A stretch of 64,000 bases of DNA. Source: Trypanosoma brucei (Eukaryota). The stretch is taken from positions 448,001-512,000 of the forward strand of contig CP000069.1 in the NCBI GenBank assembly GCA_000002445.1, written 5' to 3'. The notes beneath the pieces were generated by a model. That model was not told the DNA's origin, did not search any database, and was given only the letters and a program-made list of their open reading frames with translations. Made by a program: the position numbers and the translations under genes. This document shows positions 46,252 to 57,873 of the stretch, piece by piece; position 1 is the stretch's first letter, and each line of letters begins with the position of its first letter.

Positions 46252-46866
46252 CTATTCCTCTCCTGCACAACTCACATGTTCACTTGACGCACTGTCATCC
46301 GCTGCAGCAGGTACCTGTTGTCTTCCAGGTGGTTTCTCTCCAGTCAATGCACCACAGAAGCTTACAGTTACTGGCAAAACGGGTCTGTCCACATCATCAA
46401 GAGGAACTGCCTCAAGTTTCTCTAGCAGTGAGAGATCATCAATGGCACGTCCAAACACAACTTGCTTGAAATCAAGAGATGGAGAAGGACCAAGTGTAAT
46501 GCCAAATACGGAGCCACTTGTGTGAGGACCCTCAGAGATCATTGTGAGAAGCCCACGTTCCGTGTGTCGGTGACGGTATCCTTCATCCGCTATTGGTGTG
46601 CCAGTGGAGGAGAGGTTAAAGGAATCCAATTCACCCAACACAATGATATTATTGTTGTGATCCACATGATGCACTTGTGTGCCAAGGTAATCCAATTTCA
46701 CACCCGTGTTGGTGTCAATCCCACATGACCCAGTGATTAATGCCCTGAAGTTTTCTACGGTTTGTGGCACTACATCGTCAAAGAGCTCAAATACCAGTCG
46801 TCCGCTGAGAACGTCATCGATGGACATGTCCAGGAAGGCACGGCAGGAGTTCTGTTCCTCCTTCAT
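46252..46866 (-). CDS. Array unit 2: cyclophilin-like protein (204 aa; an in-frame TAA removes the N-terminal extension seen in the other copies)
   Basis: Starts at the Met that is internal in the other copies. Plus-strand 46888-46890 reads tta (minus TAA), where the other units have ttc (GAA). Confidence 0.8.
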   Translation of the reverse strand: MKEEQNSCRAFLDMSIDDVLSGRLVFELFDDVVPQTVENFRALITGSCGIDTNTGVKLDYLGTQVHHVDHNNNIIVLGELDSFNLSSTGTPIADEGYRHRHTERGLLTMISEGPHTSGSVFGITLGPSPSLDFKQVVFGRAIDDLSLLEKLEAVPLDDVDRPVLPVTVSFCGALTGEKPPGRQQVPAAADDSASSEHVSCAGEE

Positions 46867-47466
46867 GCGATGACTCCGCTGGTAATTTTACCATTCCTTT
46901 AAGCGGTGCTGTCTCACATTATTTCATAATTTCCTAATTTGCACTCTACAGCAGGACAAAAAAAAAAAAGAGGAAATATATTGACACAGCAAAGCACACT
47001 CAGTACCCATCCTCCCTCTATTGTTAGTCTCCACACCAATATATTGCCCATTATATGCACAGGAAACGTAAGCTAAAATATATATAGATATCCGGTAACC
47101 GCAACTGGCGGTTGCAACAGTAGCCAACACGGTACACATAAATGTTTTAAGTTCTTACGAACAAAGTTATTCCATCAATAATATGAAACACAAAATGGCA
47201 TAAACACACAAGACAAACAAACCCCATCTCTGCCAAATGCACTTTTACATTTCTGTGGGTGAGCCATTATTGGAGTCCCGTGGCAGTAAACACTATTACA
47301 AACATTATTCGGAGAAGCTTTGAAATAAGATATATAAGACAAGGAAATCAGTAACACAACACATTTGAATGCTTACATTAGTTTATAGAATATTGATGCG
47401 TATGATAGCGTTGCGGCAAACAGTTTACATTGCAATATGCTTTTGAATCGTTCCTTATTATGATAG

Positions 47467-48504
47467 TCAGATAAAACAGAGGGATACTGATAGTAACGTA
47501 ATTTTGAGTGAGGGAAATGATGCAATATTCTGTTTTTGTGTTTGTGTTTGTGTGGGTTGAGGATCGGAATCCTTTCGTGCTGCAGTTTGGGGTGCTGTTC
47601 TCGAGGGTTGCACACCTTCAGCTCCAGCTCCAGATTCCTTTAATGCCTTTACTTCCTCTTCATTTTTCGCTCTACCGTAAGTTCCCTTCAGCCTTTTAAC
47701 TTTCTCCTTCAAGTTTTCCAGCGCTGCATCTCTCTTATTCATATGGCTCATCGCCTCATCTAACCGCTTAACCCATGGCTTAGAAGCAAGAGGATCAGGC
47801 CTTTCAGGTATTTGTAGTGGTGAACTGTCTGGTGGTGGTGGTGATGGTGGTGGTGGGGGTGGTGGGGGTGGTGGGGAATCAACTTCCTGGTCTTCTGAAT
47901 ACAATCCTCGCAAATTCTCCAAGTCTTTTCTTATGGCTTCAATAGTAACCTCAACTCTTTCGCTATCCTTTGTACACCTGCTCTTAACTCCATACCATGC
48001 CTGTAGACCGTCTTCCGCTGTCCCGCTTTGGTCATGGCCATAACTTCGAGCCTTCCCGCTCCCAAGGCAGTAGTCGGTGGCCTCGCCAACAGAGCTGCAA
48101 ATGCAGACAATTTCTTTTGGTATTGTTGGCCACTCACTAGCTGGGTTACAGGGCTGGTTGCCCCCATGGGATCCAAAAGTTTTGTCCGCATCCTCTTTTT
48201 CAATGTTTTCCCCATACGCTGCTTTCCGAAACGCTGTCCTGGCATTATTTTCATGACTCTGCACTTCGCTTTCTAACTCTTTCACCTTTTCCGTCTCCGT
48301 TTTCAGAGTCGATGAATCTCTAGCATGTTTCAACTTACCGATGTAGTTTTCTCCTTTTGCTCCCTCTGCCGCCTTCGTGAAGAGCGAGCACAAAATATCA
48401 AACATCTTCTCGTTTTTGCCATGGTTCCTCCAGCTGTCCTCGCCGACAGTAACCTGCGATACCAACACTCCCACCATGACCACTTGCATAAATGATCGCC
48501 ACAT
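47467..48504 (-). CDS. Array unit 3: predicted GPI-anchored surface protein (345 aa)
   Basis: Longest Pro hinge (SPPPPPPPPPPSPPPPDSSP). The central domain resembles unit 2; the post-hinge segment resembles unit 1. Confidence 0.8.
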   Translation of the reverse strand: MWRSFMQVVMVGVLVSQVTVGEDSWRNHGKNEKMFDILCSLFTKAAEGAKGENYIGKLKHARDSSTLKTETEKVKELESEVQSHENNARTAFRKAAYGENIEKEDADKTFGSHGGNQPCNPASEWPTIPKEIVCICSSVGEATDYCLGSGKARSYGHDQSGTAEDGLQAWYGVKSRCTKDSERVEVTIEAIRKDLENLRGLYSEDQEVDSPPPPPPPPPPSPPPPDSSPLQIPERPDPLASKPWVKRLDEAMSHMNKRDAALENLKEKVKRLKGTYGRAKNEEEVKALKESGAGAEGVQPSRTAPQTAARKDSDPQPTQTQTQKQNIASFPSLKITLLSVSLCFI

Positions 48505-50097
48505 TGTTGTCTTTCTTCACTGTAAACAACAGCACAGAGAAAAACAGCATTCATATTAAACACTACCGTAAAATCAAATAAATGCTGTCTACCTTAAAAC
48601 ATGCACATGTATTATCCCACAGATCAAATATTAATTTTCAACCATCGGCATAAAAAGATATGCCTTTCGTAGGCAGAGCAAACAAACTAACATAACATCC
48701 AACAAGCCACCTCAACAAGCTCACTATACACGAGGATAGTAAATTCGTCAAATCACTATACAGATGCCATCGTCGTCATTTCCCTCATACAGTAGATTCA
48801 GCTGGGTCAAAAAGAGACACACATCCCACATCAAGTCTTTCACCTGCCTTATCCTGGTGTATTTCAATCACTCAACCTCTGACAATTGCTATATTCATAT
48901 TCTTTTGGTTACACTTTCTTAATATCCTCTCAGATACACGAGCACATCACATTGCTTATCTTTACATGGCAATCCAAAATAACAACAGAACCAAAATGCA
49001 CACAGTAAACTTCTTGACACCTGAGGCCGCTCCCACTCCAATCTCGAGGGCCTTAACATCAGAGACACTCTTGACTAACACTAATACTATTGTGTGATAA
49101 AAGAATTGGAAGGATACATTTCCTAACATGACACCGAAAATTACTGAAACACAAATGTGTAAAGTGTCTATGGATGGAAATGCAAAATATGTGGTGTTTA
49201 GTAAGGGAAGGATTATTAACTGCCACCCGGAGTGTATATTTCGTTTAACCTCACTCTGCATATTCTGAACAATACCAAATCTTATAAAACACACCACCAG
49301 TTGTTCTCCAATAAATATACGTTATACATGCCAATATCACAAACACTGCAACATCCTCTTTCTTCAACACTTCAAATACGTAACTCATATATCACTTGCT
49401 AAAGGTCTTAGTACCATATCCATGCCTCACTGAAGGGTTCGTGCCCCTACCCAATTAAATGTTGCTTCCTCTCCTCCTTCCATTTCCTCACAATATGATA
49501 CGCAGAGCTGCAACTTTGTAATATGTGCGCAGTTGATGGGGACTTCAGCCGTTATCACTTTAAATTGCAAATGGAAATTCTGAAACAATTCCAATACTCC
49601 CTCATGAATACCAACTGTTGCGTGTGTGTCTCCCATATACCGGCAGTTGCCATTACTGCAATGTTATGCTCAATGAGGATCTTTTTAATATCAAGTGTTA
49701 ACGGCAACTATTTTATTGTTCATGTCAGGCTCATATTCATGTAAGTGAAATGGGTGAAACTGTTCTTTTCCTTACTTTGCATTATATAAATAAGAGGAAA
49801 TAAGGGATGCTTGTTAGAGGCACGCAACAGACACATACACATATGAGAGTTTCCATCCAACAATACATACATACCCTTTAAATAGTCCACCAACTGGAGG
49901 ATGACACCAGCATGTCAGTGAGGGAAGCAGTATGTCTAGGAATAACATAAAAGACACGCGTGAAGGAATTTACATATTTGTTGCCTTGCTTTGCCTGCTG
50001 CTACGAATACCATATCACCTCCATCAGTAAAGTTACGGAATTCGGTAAACTTCCATGAATGCACATAAGCAACTGATACACACACACTTTTCCCTTC

Positions 50098-50763
50098 CTA
50101 TTCCTCTCCTGCACAACTCACATGTTCACTTGACGCACTGTCATCCGCTGCAGCAAGTAACTGTTGTCTTCCAGGTGGTTTCTCTCCAGTCAATGCACCA
50201 CAGAAGCTTACAGTTACTGGCAAAACGGGTCTGCCCACATCATCAAGAGGAACTGCCTCAAGTTTCTCTAGCAGTGAGAGATCATCAATGGCACGTCCAA
50301 ACACAACTTGCTTGAAATCAAGAGATGGAGAAGGACCAAGTGTAATGCCAAATACGGAGCCACTTGTGTGAGGACCCTCAGAGATCATTGTGAGGAGCCC
50401 ACGTTCCGTGTGTCGGTGACGGTATCCTTCATCCGCTATTGGTGTGCCAGTGGAGGAGAGGTTAAAGGAATCCAATTCACCCAACACAATGATATTATTG
50501 TTGTGATCCACATGATGCACTTGTGTGCCAAGGTAATCCAATTTCACACCCGTGTTGGTGTCAATCCCACATGACCCAGTGATTAATGCCCTGAAGTTTT
50601 CTACGGTTTGTGGCACTACATCGTCAAAGAGCTCAAATACCAGTCGTCCGCTGAGAACGTCATCAATAGACATATCCAGGAAGGCACGGCAGGAGTTCTG
50701 TTCCTCCTTCATGCGATGACTCCGCTGGTAATTTTCCCATTCCTTTAAGCGGTGCTGTCTCAC
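50098..50763 (-). CDS. Array unit 3: cyclophilin-like protein
   Basis: Same 221-aa ORF translation as units 1 and 4. Confidence 0.8.
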   Translation of the reverse strand: MRQHRLKEWENYQRSHRMKEEQNSCRAFLDMSIDDVLSGRLVFELFDDVVPQTVENFRALITGSCGIDTNTGVKLDYLGTQVHHVDHNNNIIVLGELDSFNLSSTGTPIADEGYRHRHTERGLLTMISEGPHTSGSVFGITLGPSPSLDFKQVVFGRAIDDLSLLEKLEAVPLDDVGRPVLPVTVSFCGALTGEKPPGRQQLLAAADDSASSEHVSCAGEE

Positions 50764-51316
50764 ATTATTTCATAATTTCCTAATTTGCACTCTACAGCAG
50801 GACAAAAAAAAAAAAGAGGAAATATATTGACACAGCAAAGCACACTCAGTACCCATCCTCCCTCTATTGTTAGTCTCCACACCAATATATTGCCCATTAT
50901 ATGCACAGGAAACGTAAGCTAAAATATATATAGATATCCGGTAACCGCAACTGGCGGTTGTAACACTAGTCAATACGGTGCACATAAATTTTATACGAGT
51001 TCTTACGAACAAAGTTATTCCATCAACAATATGAAACACAAAATGATATATAAACACACAAGACAAACAAACCCCATCTCTGCCAAATGCACTTTTACAT
51101 TTCTACGGGTGAGCCATTATTGGAGTCCCGTGGCAGTAAACACTATTACAAACATTATTGGGGGAAGCTTTGGAATAGGATATATAAGACAAGGAAATCA
51201 GTAACACAACACATTTGAATGCTTACATTAATTTATAGAATATTGATGCGTATGATAACGTTGCGGCAAACAGTTTACATTGCAATATGCTTTTGAATCG
51301 TTCCTTATTATGATAG

Positions 51317-52360
51317 TCAGATAAAACAGAGGGATACTGATAGTAACGTAATTTTGAGTGAGGGGGATGATGCAATATTCTGTTTTTGTGTTTGTGTGGG
51401 TTGAGCATCGGAATCCTTTCGTGCTGCAGTTTGGGGTGCTGTTCTCGAGGGTTGCGCACCTTCAGCTCCAGCTCCAGATTCCTTTAATGCCTTTACTTCC
51501 TCTTCATTTTTCGCTTTACCGTAAGTTCCCCTCAACTTTTCGACTTGCTCTCTCAACTTTTGAAGAGCCTCATCTCTTCCCTTCATGTGGTCTGTTGCCT
51601 CATTCAAGTTCTTAACCCACGGCTTAGAAGTAAATATATCAGGCTCCTCCTCAGGCATTGGTGGACTGCCAGGTGGGAACGGAGGTGGCGGTGGTGGCGG
51701 TGGAGGTTCTTGGCCTTTTGAGTCGTCTGAATACAAACCCCTCAAACCCTCCAAGTCCTTTTCTATAGCTTCGACAGTAACCTCGGCACTGCTGCTGGCA
51801 CTCGTACATTTTCCCTTAACTCCATTCCATGCCTGTAGACGCTGTTCAGCCGTGGTATCGTCGTGATTTCGGGCATTCTCGCTCCCACCGAAGCAGCTTT
51901 CAGTGGCACCTTGTGTGGGGCTGCAACTACAGATGATACTGTTAGGTATCGTTGACCATCGGTTTGTTTCGTCGCATGGATTGCCTACTGTATGGTGTCC
52001 AAAAGTTTTGTCCGCGTCCTCTTCTTCAATGTTATCCCCATAGGCTGCTTTCCGAAACGCTGTCTTGGCGCCACTTTCATGGCTCTGCACTTTGTTTTCT
52101 AACTCTTTAACTTTATCCACCTCCGCTTTTAAAGCTGGTGAATCCCTGGCATCTTTATTAAACCACTGATAATCTTCGGTTTCTTTTAGCTTATCGAGGT
52201 GACTTTTTTCTTTCGCTCCCTTTTCTGCCTTCGTGAAGAGTGAGCACAAGAGATCAAATCCCTTCTTGTCTTTCTCGTGGTCAATCCAGTCATTCTTTCC
52301 CATTGCAACTCCCGTTACCAACACTCCCACCATGACCACTTTCATAATTACTCTCCACAT
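51317..52360 (-). CDS. Array unit 4: predicted GPI-anchored surface protein (347 aa)
   Basis: Near-identical to unit 5, with about 6 amino-acid differences. Confidence 0.8.
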   Translation of the reverse strand: MWRVIMKVVMVGVLVTGVAMGKNDWIDHEKDKKGFDLLCSLFTKAEKGAKEKSHLDKLKETEDYQWFNKDARDSPALKAEVDKVKELENKVQSHESGAKTAFRKAAYGDNIEEEDADKTFGHHTVGNPCDETNRWSTIPNSIICSCSPTQGATESCFGGSENARNHDDTTAEQRLQAWNGVKGKCTSASSSAEVTVEAIEKDLEGLRGLYSDDSKGQEPPPPPPPPPFPPGSPPMPEEEPDIFTSKPWVKNLNEATDHMKGRDEALQKLREQVEKLRGTYGKAKNEEEVKALKESGAGAEGAQPSRTAPQTAARKDSDAQPTQTQKQNIASSPSLKITLLSVSLCFI

Positions 52361-53987
52361 AGATGTATACCTTTATTATTCGTAATAACAACACAGTAAA
52401 AAATAATAGAACATTAATATTAAACACTACAGTAATATCAAATCAATGTTGTCTATCATAACATTGCGTATATTATCCCACAGAGCAGTTATTACTGTTT
52501 AACTCTCAGCAGAAAGTGATATGCCATTCATAGGCAGAGCATGCAAACTAACATAACATCCAACAAGCCATCTCCACAAGCTCACTATACACGAGGATAG
52601 TAAATTCACGAAGTCACTTTACAGATGCCATCGTCGTGATTTCCCTCAATCTTTTTTTATTCCTTACTGCTCTAACTCTCTGAAAGGAATTTCCCTCATA
52701 CAGTAGATTCAGCTGGGTCAAAAAGAGGCACACATCCCACATCAAGTCTTTCACCTGCCTTATCCTGGTGTATTTCAACCACACACCTTCTAGGAATATT
52801 CATATATAATTATAGTCACACTTTCTCCATGTCCTCTCAGACACAAGAACAAATCATGATCCTCTACTTTTACATCACTATTAAATGAACAGCAAAAAGA
52901 AAATACACACAATATATTCATTGATATATGGTTCCCACTGCTGGTTCCGTGACCGTAATGTCAGTGACACATTTTACGAACACAAATACTATGATAAAAG
53001 AATTGGAAGGACACATTTCCTAACATGACACCGAAAATTACTGAAACACAAATGTGTAAAGTGTCTATGGATGGAAATGCAAAATATGTGGTGTTTAGTA
53101 AGGGAAGGATTATTAGCTGCCACCCGGAGTGTATATTTCTTTACACCTCATTTCGTATCTTGTCAACAATACAAAGTCTTATAAAACACACCACCAGTTG
53201 TTCTCCAATAAATATACGTTATACATGCCAATATCACAGACACTGCAACATCCTCTTTCTTCAACACTTCAAATACGTAACTCATATATCACTTGCTAAA
53301 GGTCTTAGTACCATATCCATGCCTCACTGAAGGGTTTGTGCCGTAACCCAATTAAATGTTGCTTCCTCTCCTCCTTCCATTTCCTCACAATATGATACGC
53401 AGAGCTGCAACTTTGTAATATGTGCGCAGTTGATGGGGACTTCAGTGGTTATCACTTTAAATTGCAAATGGAAATTCTGAAACAGTTCCAATACTCCCTC
53501 ATGAATACCAACTAGTGTGTGTCTCCCATATACTAGCAGTTGTCATTACTGCAATGTTATGCTCAATGAGGATCTTTTTATTATCAAGTGTTAGCGCCAA
53601 CTATTTTATTGTTCATGTCAGGCTCATATTCATGTAAGTGAAATGGGTGAAACTGTTCTTTTCCTTACTTTGCATTATATAAATAAGAGGAAATAAGGAA
53701 TGCTTGTTAGAGGCACTCAACAGACACATACACATATGAGAGTTTCCATCCAACAATACATACATATCCTTTAAATAGTCCACCAACTGGAGGATGACAC
53801 CAGCAGGTCAGTGAGGGAAGCAGTATGTCTAGGAATAATATAAAAGACACGTGTGACAAAATTTACATATTTGTTGCCTTGCTTTGCCTGCTGCGAATAC
53901 CATATCACCTCCATCAGTAAAGTTACGGAATTCGGTAAACTTCCATGAATGCACATAAGCAACTGATACACACACACTTTTCCCTTC

Positions 53988-54653
53988 CTATTCCTCTCCT
54001 GCACAACTCACATGTTCACTTGACGCACTGTCATCCGCTGCAGCAAGTAACTGTTGTCTTCCAGGTGGTTTCTCTCCAGTCAATGCACCACAGAAGCTTA
54101 CAGTTACTGGCAAAACGGGTCTGCCCACATCATCAAGAGGAACTGCCTCAAGTTTCTCTAGCAGTGAGAGATCATCAATGGCACGTCCAAACACAACTTG
54201 CTTGAAATCAAGAGATGGAGAAGGACCAAGTGTAATGCCAAATACGGAGCCACTTGTGTGAGGACCCTCAGAGATCATTGTGAGGAGCCCACGTTCCGTG
54301 TGTCGGTGACGGTATCCTTCATCCGCTATTGGTGTGCCAGTGGAGGAGAGGTTAAAGGAATCCAATTCACCCAACACAATGATATTATTGTTGTGATCCA
54401 CATGATGCACTTGTGTGCCAAGGTAATCCAATTTCACACCCGTGTTGGTGTCAATCCCACATGACCCAGTGATTAATGCCCTGAAGTTTTCTACGGTTTG
54501 TGGCACTACATCGTCAAAGAGCTCAAATACCAGTCGTCCGCTGAGAACGTCATCAATAGACATATCCAGGAAGGCACGGCAGGAGTTCTGTTCCTCCTTC
54601 ATGCGATGACTCCGCTGGTAATTTTCCCATTCCTTTAAGCGGTGCTGTCTCAC
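53988..54653 (-). CDS. Array unit 4: cyclophilin-like protein
   Basis: Same 221-aa ORF translation as units 1 and 3. Confidence 0.8.
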   Translation of the reverse strand: MRQHRLKEWENYQRSHRMKEEQNSCRAFLDMSIDDVLSGRLVFELFDDVVPQTVENFRALITGSCGIDTNTGVKLDYLGTQVHHVDHNNNIIVLGELDSFNLSSTGTPIADEGYRHRHTERGLLTMISEGPHTSGSVFGITLGPSPSLDFKQVVFGRAIDDLSLLEKLEAVPLDDVGRPVLPVTVSFCGALTGEKPPGRQQLLAAADDSASSEHVSCAGEE

Positions 54654-55202
54654 ATAATCTCATAATTTCCTAGTTTGCACTTTACAAAAGGACAAAAAAA
54701 AAAGTAAATATATTGACACAACGAAGCACACTCCGTACCCATCCTCCCTCTATTGTTAGTTTCCCAACCAATATACTGCACATTATATGCACAGTAAACG
54801 TAAGCTAAAATATATATAGATATCTGGTAACCGCAACTGGCGGTTGTAACACTAGTCAATACGGTGCACATAAATTTTATACGAGTTCTTACGAACAAAG
54901 TTATTCCATCAACAATATGAAACACAAAATGATATATAAACACACAAGACAAACAAACCCCATCTCTGCCAAATGCACTTTTACATTTCTACGGGTGAGC
55001 CATTATTGGAGTCCCGTGGCAGTAAACACTATTACAAACATTATTGGGGGAAGCTTTGGAATAGGATATATAAGACAAGGAAATCAGTAACACAACACAT
55101 TTGAATGCTTACATTAATTTATAGAATATTGATGCGTATGATAACGTTGCGGCAAACAGTTTACATTGCAATATGCTTTTGAATCGTATTTCATTATGAT
55201 AG

Positions 55203-56246
55203 TCAGATAAAACAGAGGGATACTGACAGTAACGTAATTTTGAGTGAGGGGGATGATGCAATATTCTGTTTTTGTGTTTGTGTGGGTTGAGCATCGGAAT
55301 CCTTTCGTGCTGCAGTTTGGGGTGCTGTTCTCGAGGGTTGCGCACCTTCAGCTCCAGCTCCAGATTCCTTTAATGCCTTTACTTCCTCTTCATTTTTCGC
55401 TTTACCGTAAGTTCCCTTTAACTTTTTGACTTGCTCTCTCAACTTTTGAAGAGCCTCATCTCTTCCCTTCATGTGGTCTGTTGCCTCATTCAAGTTCTTA
55501 ACCCATGGCTTAGAAGCAAATTGATCAGGCTTCTCCTCAGGCATTGGTGGACTGCCAGGTGGGAACGGAGGTGGCGGTGGTGGCGGTGGAGGTTCTTGGC
55601 CTTTTGAGTCGTCTGAATACAAAGCCCTCAAACCCTCCAAGTCCTTTTCTATAGCTTCGACAGTAACCTCGGCACTGCTGCTGGCACTCGTACATTTTCC
55701 CTTAACTCCATTCCATGCCTGTAGACGCTGTTCAGCCGTGGTATCGTCGTGATTTCGGGCATTCTCGCTCCCACCGAAGCAGCTTTCAGTGGCACCTTGT
55801 GTGGGGCTGCAACTACAGATGATACTGTTAGGTATCGTTGACCATCGGTTTGTTTCGTCGCATGGATTGCCTACTGTATGGTGTCCAAAAGTTTTGTCCG
55901 CGTCCTCTTCTTCAATGTTATCCCCATAGGCTGCTTTCCGAAACGCTGTCTTGGCGCCACTTTCATGGCTCTGCACTTTGTTTTCTAACTCTTTAACTTT
56001 ATCCACCTCCGCTTTTAAAGCTGGTGAATCCCTGGCATCTTTATTAAACCACTGATAATCTTCGGTTTCTTTTAGCTTATCGAGGTGACTTTTTTCTTTC
56101 GCTCCCTTTTCTGCCTTCGTGAAGAGTGAGCACAAGAGATCAAATCCCTTCTTGTCTTTCTCGTGGTCAATCCAGTCATTCTTTCCCATTGCAACTCCCG
56201 TTACCAACACTCCCACCATGACCACTTTCATAATTACTCTCCACAT
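55203..56246 (-). CDS. Array unit 5: predicted GPI-anchored surface protein (347 aa)
   Basis: See unit 4. Confidence 0.8.
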   Translation of the reverse strand: MWRVIMKVVMVGVLVTGVAMGKNDWIDHEKDKKGFDLLCSLFTKAEKGAKEKSHLDKLKETEDYQWFNKDARDSPALKAEVDKVKELENKVQSHESGAKTAFRKAAYGDNIEEEDADKTFGHHTVGNPCDETNRWSTIPNSIICSCSPTQGATESCFGGSENARNHDDTTAEQRLQAWNGVKGKCTSASSSAEVTVEAIEKDLEGLRALYSDDSKGQEPPPPPPPPPFPPGSPPMPEEKPDQFASKPWVKNLNEATDHMKGRDEALQKLREQVKKLKGTYGKAKNEEEVKALKESGAGAEGAQPSRTAPQTAARKDSDAQPTQTQKQNIASSPSLKITLLSVSLCFI

Positions 56247-57873
56247 AGATGTATACCTTTATTATTCGTAATAACAACACAGTAAAAAATAATAGAACAT
56301 TAATATTAAACACTACAGTAATATCAAATCAATGTTGTCTATCATAACATTGCGTATATTATCCCACAGAGCAGTTATTACTGTTTAACTCTCAGCAGAA
56401 AGTGATATGCCATTCATAGGCAGAGCATGCAAACTAACATAACATCCAACAAGCCATCTCCACAAGCTCACTATACACGAGGATAGTAAATTCACGAAGT
56501 CACTTTACAGATGCCATCGTCGTGATTTCCCTCAATCTTTTTTTATTCCTTACTGCTCTAACTCTCTGAAAGGAATTTCCCTCATACAGTAGATTCAGCT
56601 GGGTCAAAAAGAGGCACACATCCCACATCAAGTCTTTCACCTGCCTTATCCTGGTGTATTTCAACCACACACCTTCTAGGAATATTCATATATAATTATA
56701 GTCACACTTTCTCCATGTCCTCTCAGACACAAGAACAAATCATGATCCTCTACTTTTACATCACTATTAAATGAACAGCAAAAAGAAAATACACACAATA
56801 TATTCATTGATATATGGTTCCCACTGCTGGTTCCGTGACCGTAATGTCAGTGACACATTTTACGAACACAAATACTATGATAAAAGAATTGGAAGGACAC
56901 ATTTCCTAACATGACACCGAAAATTACTGAAACACAAATGTGTAAAGTGTCTATGGATGGAAATGCAAAATATGTGGTGTTTAGTAAGGGAAGGATTATT
57001 AGCTGCCACCCGGAGTGTATATTTCTTTACACCTCATTTCGTATCTTGTCAACAATACAAAGTCTTATAAAACACACCACCAGTTGTTCTCCAATAAATA
57101 TACGTTATACATGCCAATATCACAGACACTGCAACATCCTCTTTCTTCAACACTTCAAATACGTAACTCATATATCACTTGCTAAAGGTCTTAGTACCAT
57201 ATCCATGCCTCACTGAAGGGTTTGTGCCGTAACCCAATTAAATGTTGCTTCCTCTCCTCCTTCCATTTCCTCACAATATGATACGCAGAGCTGCAACTTT
57301 GTAATATGTGCGCAGTTGATGGGGACTTCAGTGGTTATCACTTTAAATTGCAAATGGAAATTCTGAAACAGTTCCAATACTCCCTCATGAATACCAACTA
57401 GTGTGTGTCTCCCATATACCGGCAGTTGCCATTACTGCAATGTTATGCTCAATGAGGATCTTTTTATTATCAAGTGTTAGCGCCAACTATTTTATTGTTC
57501 ATGTCAGGCTCATATTCATGTAAGTGAAATGGGTGAAACTGTTCTTTTCCTTACTTTGCATTATATAAATAAGAGGAAATAAGGGATGCTTGTTAGAGGC
57601 ACGCAACAGACACATACACATATGAGAGTTTCCATCCAACAATACATACATATCCTTTAAATAGTCCACCAACTGGAGGATGACACCAGCAGGTCAGTGA
57701 GGGAAGCAGTATGTCTAGGAATAATATAAAAGACACGTGTGACAAAATTTACATATTTGTTGCCTTGCTTTGCCTGCTGCGAATACCATATCACCTCCAT
57801 CAGTAAAGTTACGGAATTCGGTAAACTTCCATGAATGCACATAAGCAACTGATACACACACACTTTTCCCTTC

